Part shown: positions 61,009 through 64,000 of the stretch, one piece after another
Numbering within the stretch: the first letter of the stretch is position 1
Layout: each line of letters begins with the position of its first letter
The notes under the pieces: generated by a model
Seen by the model: the letters and a program-made list of their open reading frames with translations, nothing else
Told to the model about the DNA's origin: nothing
The model's database searches: none
Virus record (IMG/VR): IMGVR_UViG_3300038760_000073
Span: 1 to 64,000 of that record
DNA: 64,000 nt
Source of the DNA: a virus
Direction: 5' to 3' (one strand)
Program-made: the position numbers and the translations under genes

Positions 61009-61314
61009 TCAAATCATGTTCTCGTCGCGGTAGCCATGTTCATCTTTGACGATTTGCATGAATGTCTCAAATTGATGTTTACCTAGGTTCATTAAAAAAA
61101 CTAACCCAGCATCTCCAAGATTATCGACAAATACTTCAGCCTTTTTAACAAACTCGTCGAATTCACCTAGTGATTCATCTTCAGCTGGGTGTACATCACC
61201 TTCAGCCCCCATATGTGGAGGAGCCTCCTCTTGCTCGTAACTCTCGTTAAGAACTTTACCGGTCAAAACCTTAGTGTATTGCTCTGCCATTAAATCAAAC
61301 TCATTACGCTTCAT
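61009..61314 (-). CDS. Putative internal head protein
   Basis: TAAATA-N5-ATG; DLMAEQY and LNES motifs; acidic. Confidence 0.55.
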   Translation of the reverse strand: MKRNEFDLMAEQYTKVLTGKVLNESYEQEEAPPHMGAEGDVHPAEDESLGEFDEFVKKAEVFVDNLGDAGLVFLMNLGKHQFETFMQIVKDEHGYRDENMI

Positions 61315-61334
61315 AATATTATTTATGATACTAG

Positions 61335-61362
61335 TTGAATTTATATCAAAAGACATTATAAT
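61335..61362 (+). promoter_or_regulatory. Sigma70-type promoter of queC
   Basis: TTGAAT-N16-TATAAT-N6-ATG. Confidence 0.75.
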
Positions 61363-61368
61363 TATTTC

Positions 61369-62112
61369 ATGAATAAACGACTCCTATTATCTTTATCAGG
61401 TGGTGCAGACAGTGTTGTCCTCTTGCATATGGCTGTTGATCGTGGATATGAATATATTCATACTATATCGTTTGACTATGGGCAGAGACATAAGAGAGAG
61501 CTTGATTGTATACAGAAGCAGTTTAATGCTGTCAATGAAAAACATAGCGTTAAACTGTTTAACACTATTATTGATGCGAACTTTCTTAAACAGATATGCC
61601 ATACATCATCTCTCACCAATACTGATATCGAAAACCCCAATATCAGTAAGATTGCAGGAGATGCGCAGCCAGTATCATATGTACCATTCAGAAATCAGAT
61701 GTTTAATACCATAGCTTGTGCATATGCAGAGAGTAATGGTATCTCAGATGTTTGGTATGGTGCTGCACAAGTTGATTCCTTAGCTGGTTATCATGATGGC
61801 TCGCGAGAGCATATTGATGCATTTAATCAGTTGATAGCTCTTAATAGAGAACATAGGATAACGTTATCTGCACCACTATTAACAATGTCTAAAGCTGATA
61901 TTATCTTAGAGGGTGTAAGACTAGGTGTCAACTTCGCAGACACATGGACATGTTACAGTAACAGAGAAGATGGTTTAGCTGATGCTACAACACCATCAAG
62001 TAGCATGCGCTTAGCTGGTTTTATGCAAGCTGGTTATGTAGATCCTATCAAATATGTGCAGCAAAAGGCCCTAAATGATATATACGAACAAAAAGGGTGT
62101 AAAGAGATCTAA
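61369..62112 (+). CDS. queC: 7-cyano-7-deazaguanine synthase
   Basis: SGGADS, FDYGQRH, YVPFRN, TWTCY motifs. Confidence 0.92.
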   Translation: MNKRLLLSLSGGADSVVLLHMAVDRGYEYIHTISFDYGQRHKRELDCIQKQFNAVNEKHSVKLFNTIIDANFLKQICHTSSLTNTDIENPNISKIAGDAQPVSYVPFRNQMFNTIACAYAESNGISDVWYGAAQVDSLAGYHDGSREHIDAFNQLIALNREHRITLSAPLLTMSKADIILEGVRLGVNFADTWTCYSNREDGLADATTPSSSMRLAGFMQAGYVDPIKYVQQKALNDIYEQKGCKEI

Positions 62113-62115
62113 TTA

Positions 62116-62586
62116 TTATAGTAACTCTGCCTTAATTAACCAAACTATTACACTATATAATTGTCCGAAAGCTATTGATAACAGGCATATTTTTGTTATC
62201 CTTCTAGTTTTTCTGCTAGCTCCTAATGTTGGAGCTATAAATGCACGTATATGACAATACGCTGCAATAGTTGTCATTAATTGCCTAAAAATTATGTTTG
62301 GAAAAACACCAAATTCTATCAGATTGGTAGTAAAGGGCATCTCGAGATAATGTGAAGTCCATGGTATAAGCCAGTATAGGTTATCCACCGCGTTACCTAA
62401 AAATCCTATGGTTATCCCACAAATTATCCAACCCATTTGCGGTGTAATTTTATCATCAGTTCTACGTATTGCATGCCGTAGCGAATGACTACACTCATAT
62501 ATAATATATGCGCTTAATATTACTAATGGAAAGGTCCATGCAATAGATTGCAGCTCTATTATTGTTTGTATTTGATCGTAATACAT
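62116..62586 (-). CDS. Multi-pass membrane protein
   Basis: About 4 hydrophobic segments; late promoter. Confidence 0.65.
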   Translation of the reverse strand: MYYDQIQTIIELQSIAWTFPLVILSAYIIYECSHSLRHAIRRTDDKITPQMGWIICGITIGFLGNAVDNLYWLIPWTSHYLEMPFTTNLIEFGVFPNIIFRQLMTTIAAYCHIRAFIAPTLGASRKTRRITKICLLSIAFGQLYSVIVWLIKAELL

Positions 62587-62601
62587 AACAATAATATTTA
62601 G

Positions 62602-63018
62602 TTAGTTCCTACCATTACCCCTGCTAATTAATATATCTATCTTAGTCTTAATCGAGCTTACATCCTCTTTAATACTACCTATATCTTCCTTTATAGGTGT
62701 AGTTTCTTCCAATATAGCGAGCTTTAATTCAGGCTCTCTTATATGTAGTCCGGTATTACTCGAATGTTTCGACACTAAAGAGTCCATTCTGGTTATTATC
62801 GAAGCCACCCCTTTATGATGTGGTTCATATTTATGTTTTACAATATCATCTACAATTACAAATGTTGACCATAGGATAGTAATAGAGCCTATAGCAGCCC
62901 CAATAACGGTCACCCATCCTAATATTGTTGTAGGGGCAGCAAACTTTATTCGTTTCCTGGAAGCTATTTCAGCTATAGTTGCACCAACAACTAACTTTAT
63001 ATGATCTTCATCGGACAT
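62602..63018 (-). CDS. Membrane protein with C-terminal coiled coil
   Basis: TM helix and IKEDIGSIKEDVSSIK heptads. Confidence 0.6.
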   Translation of the reverse strand: MSDEDHIKLVVGATIAEIASRKRIKFAAPTTILGWVTVIGAAIGSITILWSTFVIVDDIVKHKYEPHHKGVASIITRMDSLVSKHSSNTGLHIREPELKLAILEETTPIKEDIGSIKEDVSSIKTKIDILISRGNGRN

Positions 63019-63031
63019 GACTTTTAATTAA

Positions 63032-64000
63032 TTATAGCCCGTAACTTCTGAGTTCTGCAAGCTGACCTATAGTTTTTGGTTTCATCTTGTCCTTAAATAA
63101 TATAAACTTTTCTTTCGGTTTAAGTAGCCGGTCCTTATGAGCCTGATCTGATAGATAAGATAAGGTGTAAGATTCGTTAACTGTATTCTCGTCCTCACCT
63201 CTTAGATGGCCAAGTTTAGCCTTAATAATACGGTACTTAGTGTTAAGTCTAGTTGCGGTTGTGTAATCTTTCCTATCAGTATAATATTCAATCTCTTTTC
63301 TCAACTCATGAAGCTTGAGCTCAAGCGCATCCGCTCGGTCTTCAGCCGGCTCCTCCAGTCTTTTTAGAAGCCTATCTTTAATAGCTCTATTATTAGCTAT
63401 ACGTGCCTGGGGATCATCACCATATTGCTGCTCAGTTAAGTAATGTGCAGTATAAGATTCATTAACTGTTTCCTCATCCTTACCTCTTAGATTTCCAAGT
63501 TTAGCCTTAATAATACGGTACTTGAAGTTAAGTCTATCTGCGGTTGTGTAATCTTTCTTATCACTATAATATTCAATCTCCTTTCTCAACTCATGAAGCT
63601 TAAGCTCAAGCGCAGCAACCCGATCTTCAACCGGTCCCTCTAGTCTTTTTAGAAGCCTATCTTTAATAGCTCTATTATTAGCTATACGTGCCTGGGGATC
63701 ATCACCATATTGCTGCTCAGTTAAGTAATGTGCAGTATAAGACTCTGTAACTGTTGTTTTATCTAGATAATGAGCTACGTCAGCATCTAACTCTTCTGCC
63801 TCCTCTGCCTCCTCTGCATCAAACTTATCAGGTTGTTGATCTACTACCGGCGGTTTAGTTGATGTAGAGTATGGGGTGCGATCTTGTTGAGCTCTATTTG
63901 CAGCCGGCCCAACTGGTTGAATATTAACATTACCTGGCTCGGTAATATATATTTCAAACCTATCTGTAAAACGCTCTATATCTTGTTGAAGTAAGTCATA
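63032..64000 (-). CDS. Repeat-containing protein (5'-truncated by window edge)
   Basis: Frame is open from 64000 (YDLLQQDIE...) to the stop at 63032. Confidence 0.75.
   Translation of the reverse strand, partial: YDLLQQDIERFTDRFEIYITEPGNVNIQPVGPAANRAQQDRTPYSTSTKPPVVDQQPDKFDAEEAEEAEELDADVAHYLDKTTVTESYTAHYLTEQQYGDDPQARIANNRAIKDRLLKRLEGPVEDRVAALELKLHELRKEIEYYSDKKDYTTADRLNFKYRIIKAKLGNLRGKDEETVNESYTAHYLTEQQYGDDPQARIANNRAIKDRLLKRLEEPAEDRADALELKLHELRKEIEYYTDRKDYTTATRLNTKYRIIKAKLGHLRGEDENTVNESYTLSYLSDQAHKDRLLKPKEKFILFKDKMKPKTIGQLAELRSYGL
63165..63755 (-). repeat. Tandem duplication of 285 bp (95 aa)
   Basis: Near-identical blocks at 63421 vs 63706 and at 63171 vs 63456. Confidence 0.92.

Overview
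This window is part of an AT-rich T4-like myophage genome. From left to right it holds: GC-rich mosaic tail fibre genes; a minus-strand head/neck module (gp23, gp22, gp21, gp4, gp13, gp20 portal, gp15); a DinG-type helicase, GroES-like co-chaperonin, gp62 and DUF366; a first sugar-synthesis/glycosylation island containing a decayed ADP-heptose operon; a tail spike; dispersed 7-deazaguanine genes (queE, queD, folE, queC), phoH and denV; a late operon of proteins with T4-type capsid-targeting N-termini; the uvsY-uvsW-gp55-gp47-gp46-gp43 replication block; a second glycosyltransferase/methyltransferase island with two GT60-like paralogs; then tRNA-Asn, hsp20 and uvsX. Most notable: (1) a putative head-packaged enzyme cargo (ligase-like nucleotidyltransferase, HxGH nucleotidyltransferase, retropepsin-like protease) sharing the N-terminal tag MKxF/YKxYFE; (2) leaderless-type gene architecture for both early and late promoters; (3) about 18 kb of glycan machinery; (4) atypical QueE and QueC metal-binding motifs. 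All assignments come from manual motif recognition; no database searches were run.
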